Made by a program: the position numbers and the translations under genes | Notes under the pieces: model-generated | The model's database searches: none | What the model was told of the DNA's origin: nothing | What the model saw: the letters and a program-made list of their open reading frames with translations, nothing else | Shown: positions 31,361-42,521 of the stretch, piece by piece | Layout: each line of letters starts with the position of its first letter | Position numbering within the stretch: position 1 is the first letter of the stretch | Source: an uncultured Gemmatimonadales bacterium | GTDB taxonomy: Bacteria; Gemmatimonadota; Gemmatimonadetes; Gemmatimonadales; GWC2-71-9 | Length of the DNA: 64,000 bases | NCBI GenBank assembly: GCA_963722825.1 | Contig: CAVROI010000001.1 | Coordinates: 1,221,956-1,285,955 of the forward strand | Direction: 5' to 3'

Positions 31361-31813
31361 ATGCAGCTTACCGATTTCTTCAGCCCCGAAGCGGTGGCCC
31401 TCGATCTGCGGGCGACCACGAAGGACGAGATTCTGGCAGAACTCGTCGGCCTGCTGCGACTCGATGAGCGTTCGAGCGAGACGCTGTTCCGCATGCTCCA
31501 GCGCCGCGAGACGCTCGGGTCCACCGGCGTCGGCCGCGGTATCGCCATCCCGCACTGCCGCTCGCTCGTCGTCAGCCATCTCCGGCTGGCCTTCGGCCAC
31601 AAGCGCGAGCAGGTGGACTTCCAGGCGATCGATGGGCAGCCGGTGTCCAACTTCTTCCTCATCGTCGCGCCTCCCACCGAAGTCTCGAACCAGTACCTTC
31701 CCGTGCTCGGCAAGATCGCACAATTCGCCAAAGAGGCTGACGTTCCCGAGCGCCTGGCGTCGCTTTCGTCGCCCGAGGCATTCTTCGACCTGTTGCGGGA
31801 GAAGGGAGTGTAG
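31361..31813 (+). CDS. ptsN: PTS EIIA-Ntr-type regulatory protein
   Basis: 150 aa. Phosphorylation-site context GVGRGIAIPHCR and downstream FFLIVAP. Confidence 0.8.
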   Translation: MQLTDFFSPEAVALDLRATTKDEILAELVGLLRLDERSSETLFRMLQRRETLGSTGVGRGIAIPHCRSLVVSHLRLAFGHKREQVDFQAIDGQPVSNFFLIVAPPTEVSNQYLPVLGKIAQFAKEADVPERLASLSSPEAFFDLLREKGV

Positions 31814-31816
31814 CCG

Positions 31817-33994
31817 GTGATCCGGACCGGCCTCGCCGGTCTCCTGATCGCGGCGCCCTTTGTAGCCGCTGCCGGTCAGAGCTCCGCCGATCGCGCGGCA
31901 CTTGACCGCTTCAGCGATTCGCTCGGCGCCCTTTCCATCCCGGACACGTCCGCCCTCCGTACCACTTTCCATTCGCTGCGGAACGCCGCCAAATCCGGCC
32001 GTAAACCGCTGCTGATCCTCAGGGCCGGGCTCGCCGCCACGCGCCTTGGCGAGCTCGGCGCGGACCCCGATTTCAGCGACGCGGTAAAGGATCTGCGACG
32101 GGCGGCGAGCCTCGAGCCCGCATGGCCGTACGCCTGGCATGCACTGGGCCTGGCCGAAGTGCACCGGGCCAGGTGGGAGCAGGCCGACAGGCTCGCTCTG
32201 GGGAATCGCGTGGGCGTGAAGACCCTCGAGCGCGCGAGCGAGTGCTACCGGCGCGCGATCCTGGCAGATCCGACCTTTGCACCCGCGGCCGTGGCCCTGA
32301 GCGAGCTCACACTCTCGTTGCACGATACCGCGATGTACGCCGACGCCCGCGATGCGCTGCGGCGCGCCGGGGCAGTCCAGCGTTCAGTCTCCGTCTTGCT
32401 GGCGTGGGGTCGAATGGAGCGCGCGGCCGACGAGCCCGACTCCGCTCTCGCTGCGTTCGAGGCGGCTCTTGGCGCCGGCGGCCCGCGCCCGATCGAGCTC
32501 CTCGAGGTCGCGCGCACGCGCCTGGCGATGGGACGGCTGGACGGTGAGCCGCCCTACTTCGAGGGGGCCGCTGCGGACGACACGGCCTCCGTGCAGGCCT
32601 ATCGGGCCGATCTCGTCCCGATCGCGTCGGACTCGGAGCTCGCGGAGTTCGACCGCTCGCGCGGGGCGGCGCGGGCCGACTTCCTGGCTCGATTCTGGTC
32701 ACGCCGGGATCGGGAGGAGCTTCGGACGGACGGGGAGCGGATCCGTGAGCACTATCGTCGCCTGCTATATGCGCGCCGGCACTTCGCCCTCACGATCAGC
32801 CGCCGATTCTACGGGTCGTTCGACGCCTACCGCTCCGGCAGCGAGGAGCTGGACGATCGAGGTGTGATCTACGTGCGCCACGGGGAGCCAGCAGACCGGC
32901 TCAGGCCCTTCGTGTTCGGGCTCATGCCGAGCGAGTCGTGGCGCTACTCGCGCTCGGATGGAGATCTGCTCTTTCATTTTTCGTCGGGTTGGGACGAGAA
33001 TGGCGGGGGCGATCTCTACGACTACCGGCTCGTCGAGAGCGTGCTCGACCTGCGCGGCGCGTCGGCCGCGCCGGCGGACCAACTCCTCCTGTCCCGCCAG
33101 TCGCTCTCACCTGTCTACGGCCGAATGCTCAACTGGGGGCCCTCCGGCGCGGCCCGCTCCCGCGCGCGGGAGCGGGGGATCGGCCACGCCAGCATCGAAT
33201 TCGGCACCAGCACCGACAGCTACGAGCTGCAATTCACCCATCGGCTCCAGGTCGCGGCCAACCTCGTGGCGATCGGGCATGGGGCAACGGGGCCGATTGC
33301 CCATCTCGTCTTCGCCGTCGCGTCGCCCGACAGCGTACCTCCGATACGACCCGGAGGGAGCTACGCCGTGCGGGTGCGCCTGGCCGCGTTCGATCGCGCC
33401 GGGCGCGGCTTCGCCTTCGTGGACACGCTCGTCACGGTTCACGCGCCCCGCAGCCTCGCGCCCGGCCAGTATCTGATCGGCCGGGCCGAGCTGCCCTTGC
33501 CCCCCGGCCGGTGGGGATGGAGAGCGGCCGTGCAGATCGGTGGCGAGGCCGGAGCGGTGCTCCCTCGCGACACGGTTCGGGTGGCGGGAGGTGGGCTCGC
33601 GCTCAGCGACCTGGCCATCGGGGTGGAGGGTGCGAGCGCCATGTGGCAAGCCACGCCGCGAGACACTGCCTATATGGCGCCGTTCGGAGTGGTGCCCGAG
33701 GGACGGGAGGTGGAGCTGTACTACGAAGCGTCGGGTGCACGGCCGGGCACCGGATACGCCCATCAGATCGCGGTCTACCGGCTCAAGGGCGACCCCGCGG
33801 TGGCGGAGCGGCAGCCGGTCGTGCGACTCGGATTCGAAGAGTCTGCGACCGATTCGATCGTACGGGCGCGCCGTACGCTGCAACTGCGCCGTCTCAGGCC
33901 CGGCCGGTACCTGCTGGAGGTGCGTGTGTCAGGCCCCGGCAAAGCAGCCGATGTCCGCCGCAGGGAGCTTCGGGTCTTGAAGAGCCGAAAGTGA
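31817..33994 (+). CDS. Large secreted TPR plus GWxTD-like domain protein
   Basis: 725 aa with a signal peptide. The core ELDDRGVIYVRHGEPADR...ESWRY resembles the GWxTD-domain core, but the GW motif itself is degenerate. GTG start 4 nt after ptsN. Confidence 0.4.
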   Translation: MIRTGLAGLLIAAPFVAAAGQSSADRAALDRFSDSLGALSIPDTSALRTTFHSLRNAAKSGRKPLLILRAGLAATRLGELGADPDFSDAVKDLRRAASLEPAWPYAWHALGLAEVHRARWEQADRLALGNRVGVKTLERASECYRRAILADPTFAPAAVALSELTLSLHDTAMYADARDALRRAGAVQRSVSVLLAWGRMERAADEPDSALAAFEAALGAGGPRPIELLEVARTRLAMGRLDGEPPYFEGAAADDTASVQAYRADLVPIASDSELAEFDRSRGAARADFLARFWSRRDREELRTDGERIREHYRRLLYARRHFALTISRRFYGSFDAYRSGSEELDDRGVIYVRHGEPADRLRPFVFGLMPSESWRYSRSDGDLLFHFSSGWDENGGGDLYDYRLVESVLDLRGASAAPADQLLLSRQSLSPVYGRMLNWGPSGAARSRARERGIGHASIEFGTSTDSYELQFTHRLQVAANLVAIGHGATGPIAHLVFAVASPDSVPPIRPGGSYAVRVRLAAFDRAGRGFAFVDTLVTVHAPRSLAPGQYLIGRAELPLPPGRWGWRAAVQIGGEAGAVLPRDTVRVAGGGLALSDLAIGVEGASAMWQATPRDTAYMAPFGVVPEGREVELYYEASGARPGTGYAHQIAVYRLKGDPAVAERQPVVRLGFEESATDSIVRARRTLQLRRLRPGRYLLEVRVSGPGKAADVRRRELRVLKSRK

Positions 33995-34003
33995 GGCCGG
34001 CGG

Positions 34004-34498
34004 TCAGGCGCCCGACTGCTCGAGGAGCGCGAGATGCGCTTCCATCTCGCTGTCCATGAGCTTTCCGAGCTCGACGAGCCTGAGGGCATACCGTTGGAGT
34101 GCGCGATCGGTTTCGGTTTCCGGCGTCCAGGCCGGCACCGGCTTGGGACATCCCTGCTCATCCAGGGCCACGAAGACGATCACGCAGTGGCAGCGGCGCG
34201 ACTTCTCGAGCGACTTGGGATCTCCGGCGTAGATGTCGATTGCGATATGGAGACTCGTGCGGCCGGTGTGGATGACCAGTGCGCGGAGCTCCACGATCTC
34301 GCCGACATGGATCGGCCGGAGGAAATGGAGGCCGCCCACATACAGGGTGACGCAGTACTCGCCGGTCCACCCGGCGGCGCAGGTGTACCCCGCCTGGTCG
34401 ATCCACTTCATGACCGCCCCGCCGTGCACCTTTCCGCCGAAATTCACGTGACTGGGCTCGGCCAGAAACCGAAGAGTGTTGTGGCGGGTTCGGGTCAT
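34004..34498 (-). CDS. Acyl-CoA thioesterase (hotdog fold)
   Basis: [23 protein letters not shown] 34498 overlaps the guaA stop (ATGA). The ORF track offers GTG 34504. Confidence 0.8.
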   Translation of the reverse strand: MTRTRHNTLRFLAEPSHVNFGGKVHGGAVMKWIDQAGYTCAAGWTGEYCVTLYVGGLHFLRPIHVGEIVELRALVIHTGRTSLHIAIDIYAGDPKSLEKSRRCHCVIVFVALDEQGCPKPVPAWTPETETDRALQRYALRLVELGKLMDSEMEAHLALLEQSGA

Positions 34499-36051
34499 TC
34501 CCACTCGATCGTCGCCGGTGGCTTTGAGCTGACGTCGTAGACGACCCGGTTGACCCCGTCCACCTCGTTGGCGATGCGGTTGGAGATCCGGGCGAGGACC
34601 TCGGCCGGGAATGGGTACCAGTCGGCGGTCATGCCGTCCCGGCTGGTGACCGCACGCAGGGCGATCACCTGATCGTAGCTCCGAAAGTCTCCCTGGACGC
34701 CGACCGAGCGAATGGGTAGCAGCACCGAGAACGCCTGCCAGATCTCGTCGTAGAGTCCCGCCGTCTGGATTTCCTCGATGTAGATGTGATCGGCGCGCCG
34801 CAGGATGTCGAGCGCCGGCCTGGTGACGTCGCCCAGGATCCGGATCGCGAGGCCGGGGCCGGGGAAGGGATGCCGTCCCACCATCTCCTCCGGCAGCCCG
34901 AGCTCGCGCCCGACCTGCCTCACTTCGTCCTTGAAGAGCTCCCGGAGCGGTTCCAGCAACGCGAACGGAAGGCGCTCAGGCAAGCCACCGACGTTATGGT
35001 GGGTCTTGATGGTCACCGACGGGCCGCCGGCGGGTGAGATGGATTCGATGACGTCCGGGTACAGCGTTCCCTGGACCAGGAACCGGACGTCGGAGCCGAC
35101 GGCGCGGGCCTCGCTCTCGAACACCTCGATGAACGTGTGGCCGATGCGCCGCCGCTTCTCTTCGGGATCGGCGACACCGGCCAGACGGTCGAGAAAGGCG
35201 TCGCTGGCATCCACGACGCGAAGGTCGATGCCCAGATGGCGCCGGAAGGTGGTCTCCACCTGCTCCCGCTCGTGCAGGCGGAGGAGGCCATGGTCCACGA
35301 AGATGCAGGTGAGACGTTCGCCGACGGCGCGGTGCACCAGCACGGCCGCCACGGACGAGTCCACCCCACCCGAGAGTCCGCAGATGATGCGTCCCGTGGG
35401 GCCGACCATCTCCCTGATGCGCGCCACTTCGCTCTCGACGAAGTGTCCCGCGGTCCAATCCGGGGTACAGCCGCAGACCTCGAAGAGAAAGTTGCTGATG
35501 ATCTCGCGGCCGCGCGGTGTGTGCGCCACCTCGGGATGAAACTGCACCCCGAACAGTGGCCGCTGGCGGTGCTCGAACGCGGCGACCGGGGAATTGTCGC
35601 TCGAAGCCGTGACCTCGTACCCCGGCGGTGCAACGTCCACGTGATCGCCGTGACTCATCCACACGGGCGTTTCCTCCCCCACCCCGAAGCCCTCGAACAG
35701 CCTTCCGCCCTTGATGGTCACGTTGGCGCGGCCGTACTCCCGGCGCGCCGCCGGCGTGACCCGTCCGCCGGAAAGCTGGGCCAGTACCTGCATGCCGTAG
35801 CACAGCCCGAATACCGGCGTGCCCAGCTCCAGCAGCAAGGGATCGGCGGTCGGAACGCCCTCGCCGTAGACGGAATTGGGTCCGCCGGAGAGGATGATGC
35901 CCCGGGGCTTCCAGTCGCGGATCCACTCGACGGTCCGGGTGGGCGGATGGATCTCGCAGTAGACATGCGCCTCGCGCACGCGCCGCGCGATGAGCTGAGT
36001 GTACTGCGAGCCGAAATCGATGATCAGAATTCCGTCGTGGTGCTCAGACAC
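34495..36051 (-). CDS. guaA: GMP synthase (glutamine-hydrolysing)
   Basis: 518 aa. GATase motif [10 protein letters not shown]-loop [11 protein letters not shown]-terminal PPATIEWE. Confidence 0.95.
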   Translation of the reverse strand: MSEHHDGILIIDFGSQYTQLIARRVREAHVYCEIHPPTRTVEWIRDWKPRGIILSGGPNSVYGEGVPTADPLLLELGTPVFGLCYGMQVLAQLSGGRVTPAARREYGRANVTIKGGRLFEGFGVGEETPVWMSHGDHVDVAPPGYEVTASSDNSPVAAFEHRQRPLFGVQFHPEVAHTPRGREIISNFLFEVCGCTPDWTAGHFVESEVARIREMVGPTGRIICGLSGGVDSSVAAVLVHRAVGERLTCIFVDHGLLRLHEREQVETTFRRHLGIDLRVVDASDAFLDRLAGVADPEEKRRRIGHTFIEVFESEARAVGSDVRFLVQGTLYPDVIESISPAGGPSVTIKTHHNVGGLPERLPFALLEPLRELFKDEVRQVGRELGLPEEMVGRHPFPGPGLAIRILGDVTRPALDILRRADHIYIEEIQTAGLYDEIWQAFSVLLPIRSVGVQGDFRSYDQVIALRAVTSRDGMTADWYPFPAEVLARISNRIANEVDGVNRVVYDVSSKPPATIEWE

Positions 36052-36065
36052 TGGTTGGTGAGCTC

Positions 36066-37331
36066 CTAAGGAGTTGTGCGCTCCGTGGCATACAGCTCTT
36101 CGACCGTCTCACGCGGGCGCGCCACCCACCATGAGCCACCGTCCACCACCACCTCGGCGGGTCTCGGGCGCGAGTTGTAATTCGACGCCATGACGAAGCC
36201 GTAGGCGCCGGCGCCGAGCACCGCTAGACGCTCACCCGGGAGCAGGCCGGGCAGCTGGCGGTCGAGCGCGAGGAAATCACCCGTCTCGCACACCGGTCCG
36301 ACTACATCGACCCGTATCGTCGGCCGGCCCTGCTCTTCCAGCTCGACGATCTCGTGATAGGCCTGGTAGTGGCTCGGCCTGACCAGGTCGTTCATCCCCG
36401 CGTCCACGACCACGAACTCCTTCCCGCCCGAGTGCTTCCGGTAGAGCACCTCGGTGAGAAGCACGCCGGCGCTGCCGACGAGAAACCGGCCCGGCTCGAG
36501 GTAAACCGTGCGTCCGGTCGGGGCCAGCATCGGCACGACCGCCTCGGCGAAGCGGCGCGGGTCCATTGAAGGCTCTTCGCCGTAGCGGATGCCCAGCCCG
36601 CCCCCGATATCGAGGACCTTGAGGGTCGCGCCGGCATCGCCGAGGCGCTCCGTCAGCTCGAGGAGACACGCGATGCCCTGCTGGAAGGGAGCCGTATCCA
36701 CGAGCTGGCTGCCGAGGTGCATGGCGAGCGCGGTCAGCTCGAGCAGGGGGTGCGAGACGATGAAGGCGGCGGCGGCGGCGACCTGGTCTATCGGCACGCC
36801 GAACTTGATGCCGCTCTTCCCGGTGGAGATGTACGGATGGGTCTCGGTGGTCACGTCGGGATTCACCCTGATCCCGACGGACACAGGCAACTGCGCCTCT
36901 TCCGCGATGCGGGCGAGCCGGTCGAGCTCCTCGCGCGACTCCACGTTGAGATGGCCGAGGCGCGCCCGGACCGCCAGCCGCAACTCGTTGGTGGACTTCC
37001 CGACACCGCTGAAGACGACGCGCGATGGACTGAAGCCGGCGGCCAGCACCCGCGCGAGCTCTCCGCCCGAAACGATGTCCGCCCCTGCGCCCAGATCGCG
37101 TAGAATACGCAGCACCGCGAGCGTACTGTTGGCCTTGACGGCGAAGCAGATTCGGTGGGGCACGCCGGCCAACGCCTCGCCGAGCGCGAGATACCGCTCC
37201 CGCATCGCGGCGGCGTTGTACACGTAGACCGGCGTGCCGACGCGCTCCGCGATCTCGGACAGCGAAACCCCGCCGAGCCGGAGCCCACGCCCTTCGCGCG
37301 AGAGGCCGGCATCCGCGAGGAGCCCCTGCAC
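36066..37331 (-). CDS. lysA: Diaminopimelate decarboxylase
   Basis: [19 protein letters not shown]-lysine FAVKAN, GGGLGI, CETGD. GTG 37331 is the first start downstream of the proS stop. The longer ORF would overlap proS. Confidence 0.88.
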   Translation of the reverse strand: MQGLLADAGLSREGRGLRLGGVSLSEIAERVGTPVYVYNAAAMRERYLALGEALAGVPHRICFAVKANSTLAVLRILRDLGAGADIVSGGELARVLAAGFSPSRVVFSGVGKSTNELRLAVRARLGHLNVESREELDRLARIAEEAQLPVSVGIRVNPDVTTETHPYISTGKSGIKFGVPIDQVAAAAAFIVSHPLLELTALAMHLGSQLVDTAPFQQGIACLLELTERLGDAGATLKVLDIGGGLGIRYGEEPSMDPRRFAEAVVPMLAPTGRTVYLEPGRFLVGSAGVLLTEVLYRKHSGGKEFVVVDAGMNDLVRPSHYQAYHEIVELEEQGRPTIRVDVVGPVCETGDFLALDRQLPGLLPGERLAVLGAGAYGFVMASNYNSRPRPAEVVVDGGSWWVARPRETVEELYATERTTP

Positions 37332-37339
37332 GGCGCCGG

Positions 37340-38788
37340 TCAGTATGCCTTGGCCCACACCGCCTCGGCAACGCTCGGCCGGCCGCACCACATGCAGGTC
37401 GTGGGCGCCACTGGCGAGCGGAATTCCTCGTCCGGCAGCACCCGGATCGTCGCCTTGGTCTGCTCCTTGATCTCCGCCTCGCACGACGCCAGCCCGCAGA
37501 AGCCGGCGTACACGAACCCACCGTCGCCCGCAACGTGGGCGAGGAACTGCTCCTTGGTGGCGCCACGGATGCTGGCGGCTTCCCGCCGTGCCCGCGAGGT
37601 CTCGAGGAGGTCGGCCTGGAGGCGGTCCATGATTTCCCGGAGCCGAGTCGCGAGGCCGTCCATCGGGAGCGATTCCTTCTTTCCTCCGGTCCGCCGCGCG
37701 AGCATCACCGAGCCGGATGCGATGTCACGCGGGCCAAGCTCGACCCTGAGGGGAACGCCCCGCCCTTCCCATTCGTAATACTTGGCACCCGGCTTCATCC
37801 CTTCGCGTGCGTCGAGGTGAACTCGGATGCCGCCCGCCGCGATCTCGCGCCGGAGTCGTTCGGCCGCCTCGAGTACCGTGGCACGCTCGTCGTCGCTCCG
37901 ATAGATCGGCACGACGACGACCTGGTATTGGGCCAGGCGGGGCGGGCACACGAGTCCCGCGTCGTCGCCATGGGTCATGATGAGCGCGCCCACCAGACGA
38001 GTCGAGACGCCCCAGGACGTGTTCCAGACGTGGTCGAGTCCGCCCGCGGCGGTCTGGAAGGTGACCTCGAACGCGCGGGCGAAATTCTGGCCGAGGTTGT
38101 GGCTGGTCCCCGCTTGCAAGGCTTTGTTGTCCTGCATGAGCGCTTCGCAGCTATAGGTCCGAAGCGCACCGGCGAATCGCTCGCTGTCGGTCTTCAGGCC
38201 CGTCACCACCGGCATCGCCATCCACTCTTCCATGAAGGTGCGGTAGACGCCGAGCATCTTCCGGGTCTCTTCCTCCGCTTCCGCCTCGGTGGCGTGGGCG
38301 GTGTGTCCCTCCTGCCAGAGGAACTCGGTGGTGCGGAGGAACAGGCGGGTGCGCATTTCCCACCGAACGACGTTGGCCCACTGGTTGATGAGCAGGGGCA
38401 AGTCGCGATAGCTCTGGATCCACTTGGCGTACATCGCGTAGATGATCGTCTCGGAAGTCGGCCGGATGACGAGCGGCTCCTCCAGCTCCTTCCCACCGCC
38501 ATGCGTGACCACCGCCGTCTCCGGTGCGAAGCCCTCCACATGCTGCGCCTCGCGCGCGAGGAAGCTTTGCGGAATGAAGAGCGGGAAGTAGGCATTCTGA
38601 TGCCCCGTGTCCTTGAACATCTGGTCGAGGGCACGCTGCATGTGTTCCCAGATGGCGTACCCGTTCGGCCGGATGACCATGCACCCGCGCACCGGGCTGT
38701 AGTCCGCCAGCTCCGCGCGGGCGATCAACTCGTTGTACCAGGCACTGAAGTCGGTCGCACGGGGAGTCAACGCCTTCACATCCGCCAT
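37340..38788 (-). CDS. proS: Prolyl-tRNA synthetase (archaeal/eukaryote-like type)
   Basis: 482 aa. Class II motifs ([23 protein letters not shown]). C-terminal zinc-like CMWCG. Confidence 0.93.
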   Translation of the reverse strand: MADVKALTPRATDFSAWYNELIARAELADYSPVRGCMVIRPNGYAIWEHMQRALDQMFKDTGHQNAYFPLFIPQSFLAREAQHVEGFAPETAVVTHGGGKELEEPLVIRPTSETIIYAMYAKWIQSYRDLPLLINQWANVVRWEMRTRLFLRTTEFLWQEGHTAHATEAEAEEETRKMLGVYRTFMEEWMAMPVVTGLKTDSERFAGALRTYSCEALMQDNKALQAGTSHNLGQNFARAFEVTFQTAAGGLDHVWNTSWGVSTRLVGALIMTHGDDAGLVCPPRLAQYQVVVVPIYRSDDERATVLEAAERLRREIAAGGIRVHLDAREGMKPGAKYYEWEGRGVPLRVELGPRDIASGSVMLARRTGGKKESLPMDGLATRLREIMDRLQADLLETSRARREAASIRGATKEQFLAHVAGDGGFVYAGFCGLASCEAEIKEQTKATIRVLPDEEFRSPVAPTTCMWCGRPSVAEAVWAKAY

Positions 38789-38882
38789 CTGATCTCCTCA
38801 TCTTGCTCGTTGTGTTCTTCGTCAGGCCAATTCACCGCGTTTTCCTCGTGTTCTTCGCGGCAAAACGCCACCCTATGCTCGC

Positions 38883-40160
38883 TCAGATCGAAAGCCGGGC
38901 CACGATCTGATTCCGTGGAACCGGCACCTGTGTCTTCCCGGCGAGATCCTTGAGCACCACCTCGCCTCGCGCGCGGTCGTCGGGACCGATCACGACGGCC
39001 CAGCGCGCCTGGCGCCCCCCGGCCAGGCGGAGCTGCTTGCCCAACGCCAGCGCGCTCAGGGCGTACTCGACCCGGAGGTTCGCGTCGCGCAGCTCGTGAG
39101 CAAGCGCGAGCACGTGCGGCAGATCATCTCCCGTCACCCCTCCGACGAAGACGTCGATCGCGGCGCCCGCCGCAGGCGCGATTCCCCGCTCCCGCAGCAA
39201 TTCGCCAAGCACGACGTCGCCCATGCCGAAGCCGAGCGCGGGAAGGTCCACGCCGCCGAGGGACTCGAGGAGATTGTCGTATCGTCCCCCGCCACAGATG
39301 GCACGCAGGGACTTGCCCGCGTCGAAGAGCTCGAACACCGTCCCGGTGTAGTACGCCAGTCCGCGCACGATGGTGAGATCGAGATCGACAAAATCGCCGA
39401 GCCCCATGGCACCGAGCGCGTCGAGCGTGGTACGGAGCGGCGCCCCCGTGCGAACGGCCCCGGGAAATCGCCGTTCGAGTGTCTCGAGGTCTCGCACGTC
39501 GCGCAGCGATTCCAGTGCTCCGATACTCGATGCGGGCGCGCCGGCGTCGAGCAGGGCCTGCTTGCGCGAGCCGTACTCCGGGCGTCCCATCTTGTCGAGC
39601 GCCTGATGCGCCAGCGGCTCCTTCTCGCCGTCGAGCCCAACCGCCGAGAGGATGGCGCCGAGGAGGCGCCGGTCGGAGACCCGGAGCCGCACATCGCCGG
39701 GACCGAGGTGGAAGGCCCGCATCACGTCGACCGCGAGCGCCATGATCTCCGCGTCACCCAGCGGGCCAGGCTCGCCGATCAGGTCGCAATTGAGCTGGAA
39801 ATGCTCTCGAAGCCGCCCCCGTTGCTGCCGCTCGTAGCGGAAGAGCTGCGGGATGGAGAACCAGCGGATCGGTTTCTTGAGCCCGTTGGCTCGAGCGGCG
39901 ACCATACGCGCCAGCGTGGGAGTCATCTCCGGCCGGAGCGCCACGTCGCGGCCGCCCTTGTCGGTGAACGAGTAGAGTTGGCCCACGATCTCGTCGCCGC
40001 TCTTGACCGTATACAGCTCGAGCGGCTCGAGTGGCGGCCCGTCGTATTCCTCGAAGCCGTAGCGTGACGCCACCGTCCGCCACGTGCGGAAGATGTGAGA
40101 GCGGAGAGAGAGATCGGGGGGGTAAAAGTCCCGAAAACCCGGCAGGGCCTGGGCTTGCAT
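38883..40160 (-). CDS. hisS: Histidyl-tRNA synthetase
   Basis: Start MQAQALPGFRDF. FRYERQQRGRLREHFQ. GGRYD. Confidence 0.93.
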   Translation of the reverse strand: MQAQALPGFRDFYPPDLSLRSHIFRTWRTVASRYGFEEYDGPPLEPLELYTVKSGDEIVGQLYSFTDKGGRDVALRPEMTPTLARMVAARANGLKKPIRWFSIPQLFRYERQQRGRLREHFQLNCDLIGEPGPLGDAEIMALAVDVMRAFHLGPGDVRLRVSDRRLLGAILSAVGLDGEKEPLAHQALDKMGRPEYGSRKQALLDAGAPASSIGALESLRDVRDLETLERRFPGAVRTGAPLRTTLDALGAMGLGDFVDLDLTIVRGLAYYTGTVFELFDAGKSLRAICGGGRYDNLLESLGGVDLPALGFGMGDVVLGELLRERGIAPAAGAAIDVFVGGVTGDDLPHVLALAHELRDANLRVEYALSALALGKQLRLAGGRQARWAVVIGPDDRARGEVVLKDLAGKTQVPVPRNQIVARLSI

Positions 40161-40230
40161 GGGGGGAAAATAGTCGGGCCGGGAGCCGTGAGCCATTAGT
40201 CGGCAGACAACAGACTCAGCGTCTTTTGCT

Positions 40231-41469
40231 TCACACCTCCATGCCTAGCGCCGTCATCACGTCGCCCACGGTATGGAATGACCCCGTGACCAGCACCGTG
40301 GCCGCACCCTCCCGGACATCTTCCAGGGCCTCCCGAAAGTCGGGGATCAGGGTCCAGACGGATCGCGCGGGTGGCCGGCCGCGGTCGCTGAGCCACCGGC
40401 GGAGCCAGCGGGTGTCCCACCCGCGACCGGCAGCCGTCGGGGCCACGGTGAGCACGCCGCGATCGATGACCCGGTCCAGCTCGACCAGCATCTCCGGCCA
40501 TTCCTTATCACCGAGGATCGAGACGAGGGCAACCAGCGGCCTCGGCGGCGTGATGACCTCGATCGCGCGGATCAGCGCGCGAATCCCGTCGGGGTTGTGC
40601 GCGACATCGAAGAGCCACTTCCCCCGCCGGTCGAGCCGTCCAGCGATCCTCGCCGTGGCGAAGCCCCGCTCCACCGCCGCGGGACACGGCCGGTACGGCG
40701 CCGGCAGTGCCATGAGCACTCCGTGGGCCACCGCGGCGTTCCGGCGCTGGTGTGGGCCGGTGAGACCCAGCGGGCCGGCCCACTCATAGGCGGCGGGCAT
40801 GACCCGGATGTCGGCCCGGCTCGAGGGATCGATCCGCGCTACCGCTCTCCGCGCTTCTCGCCGGAGCACCTCGACCAGGACCGGATCACGCTCGCCGATC
40901 ACGAACGGAACCCCGGGTTTCGCGATGCCGGCCTTCTCTCGCGCGATCATCTCGAGGGTGTTTCCGAGATACTTCATGTGGTCGCGCTCGATCTTCGTCA
41001 CCGCGCTGACGAGCGGCCGAATCACGTTCGTGCTGTCGAGCCGCCCGCCAAGCCCCACCTCGACGACGGCGATCTCGGCACCCCGGGCCGCGAAATCGGC
41101 AAAGGCAAGCGCCGTGCTGGCCTCGAAGAACGTCGCCTTGTGCTCGAGAATCAGCCCCTGCAGCCGGCCGGTCCACATCGCCAGCGCGCTCTCGGAAATC
41201 GGGACGCCGTCCACGAGGATCCGCTCCCGGAACGACACGAGGTGAGGCGACGTATAGAGCCCGACGCGCCACCCTTCCTCCCGGAGCACCGAAGCAACCA
41301 GGGTCGAGACGCTGCCTTTGCCGTTGGTCCCACCGATGTGGACCGACGGCATTACTTCGTGGGGATGCCCCAGCGACTCGAGCAGGCGCCGGGTCGTGCC
41401 CAGCCCGAACTTGATGGTCGTGGTTCGGGGAAAGAGAAAGGCGAGGGCGTCGTCGTAGGTCAGGGTCAT
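40231..41469 (-). CDS. folC: Bifunctional folylpolyglutamate synthase / dihydrofolate synthase
   Basis: P-loop HIGGTNGKGS. Mur-ligase middle and C-terminal domains. Confidence 0.9.
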   Translation of the reverse strand: MTLTYDDALAFLFPRTTTIKFGLGTTRRLLESLGHPHEVMPSVHIGGTNGKGSVSTLVASVLREEGWRVGLYTSPHLVSFRERILVDGVPISESALAMWTGRLQGLILEHKATFFEASTALAFADFAARGAEIAVVEVGLGGRLDSTNVIRPLVSAVTKIERDHMKYLGNTLEMIAREKAGIAKPGVPFVIGERDPVLVEVLRREARRAVARIDPSSRADIRVMPAAYEWAGPLGLTGPHQRRNAAVAHGVLMALPAPYRPCPAAVERGFATARIAGRLDRRGKWLFDVAHNPDGIRALIRAIEVITPPRPLVALVSILGDKEWPEMLVELDRVIDRGVLTVAPTAAGRGWDTRWLRRWLSDRGRPPARSVWTLIPDFREALEDVREGAATVLVTGSFHTVGDVMTALGMEV

Positions 41470-41490
41470 TTTGTCATGGGGTCAACGAAA

Positions 41491-41521
41491 CGCCCCACCC
41501 AAGCAGGCCGTGGGTGGGGCG
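41491..41521 (-). terminator. Intrinsic terminator after accD
   Basis: CGCCCCACCCA-9 nt loop-TGGGTGGGGCG (11-bp stem), followed on the - strand by TTTCGTT. Confidence 0.6.
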
Positions 41522-41545
41522 CCGAGCGCGAGGGACGGTCTGCGA

Positions 41546-42421
41546 TCAGCTCTGCTCGGCCAACTCCACGTGGGGTCGCCGCCCCTGCATGTGCCGCACG
41601 AGCCGGGCGGTGGTGTCTCGCAGCGAGGCCCGTGGGACGACGTCGTCGATCTGGCCGTGCTCGAGCAGAAATTCCGCCGTCTGGAAACCTTCCGGAAGGT
41701 CCTGACCGATCGTCTGCTTGATCACACGCTGACCCGCAAACCCGATCACCGCTCCCGGCTCGGCCAGGATCACGTCGCCCTGCATGGCGAACGACGCCGA
41801 CACGCCACCGGTGGTGGGATCCGTCAGGATCGAAATGTAGGGGATGGAATCGCGGTGGAGTTGGGCGATGGCGGCGGAGGTCTTGGCCATCTGCATCAGG
41901 GAAAGAACGCCTTCCTGCATTCGGGCGCCACCGGAGGTGGAGACGAGGACCAGCGGGGTCTTTTTCTCGTGGGAGCGCCTCGCCAGCCGCGCAATTTTCT
42001 CGCCCACCACGGAGCCCATCGACCCACCCATGAAGCCGAAATTCATTACTCCGAGATTGAACGGCTGCCCATCGAGCTTGGCGGTACCCGTGAGGATCGC
42101 GTCGCCCTCACCGCCCTTCTTGCGGGCAGCGGCCAGGCGATCCGCATAATTCTCGAAATTGAGCGGGTCCACCGACCGGAGGCCGCCGTAGAGCTCGCGC
42201 CAGGACCCCGGGTCGGTGAGGAGCTCCACGTATTCCTCGGCGCCGATCCGCCGGTGGCGGCCGCACTCCGGACACACATTGAGCGCCTTCTCGAACTTCT
42301 CGCGGATGTCGATATGGCCGCAGCCGTCGCACTTCTCCCACGCGTCGGGCGGAATCTCCAGCCGTTCGCGCTGCGACTTCCGAGGCTTCCGTTCTTTCTT
42401 AAACCATGCCATCACGGCCAT
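41546..42421 (-). CDS. accD: Acetyl-CoA carboxylase carboxyltransferase beta subunit
   Basis: Zinc ribbon CDGCGH...CPECG. GGARMQEG. Confidence 0.92.
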   Translation of the reverse strand: MAVMAWFKKERKPRKSQRERLEIPPDAWEKCDGCGHIDIREKFEKALNVCPECGRHRRIGAEEYVELLTDPGSWRELYGGLRSVDPLNFENYADRLAAARKKGGEGDAILTGTAKLDGQPFNLGVMNFGFMGGSMGSVVGEKIARLARRSHEKKTPLVLVSTSGGARMQEGVLSLMQMAKTSAAIAQLHRDSIPYISILTDPTTGGVSASFAMQGDVILAEPGAVIGFAGQRVIKQTIGQDLPEGFQTAEFLLEHGQIDDVVPRASLRDTTARLVRHMQGRRPHVELAEQS

Positions 42422-42521
42422 AGGATTTGGGTATCACCAGAAGGGGGAAGCTGCGCGACAGGGACCTCGCAATTTCGGGCATTCGCCCCCCCGGCGCTAG
42501 GCCCCATTATGTAAGTGCCTG

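Noticed and set aside
29950-31731. 593-aa - strand ORF
   Set aside because: It is antisense to the secreted propeller gene and ptsN. It has no motifs, and the + strand products have a signal peptide and an EIIA His site.
42422-42521. Possible promoter or ncRNA in the rodA-accD spacer (TACATAAT box, C7 run)
   Set aside because: The -10-like box has no acceptable -35 at 16-18 nt spacing. I found no convincing stem-loop or conserved RNA motif by eye, so support is too weak to call.
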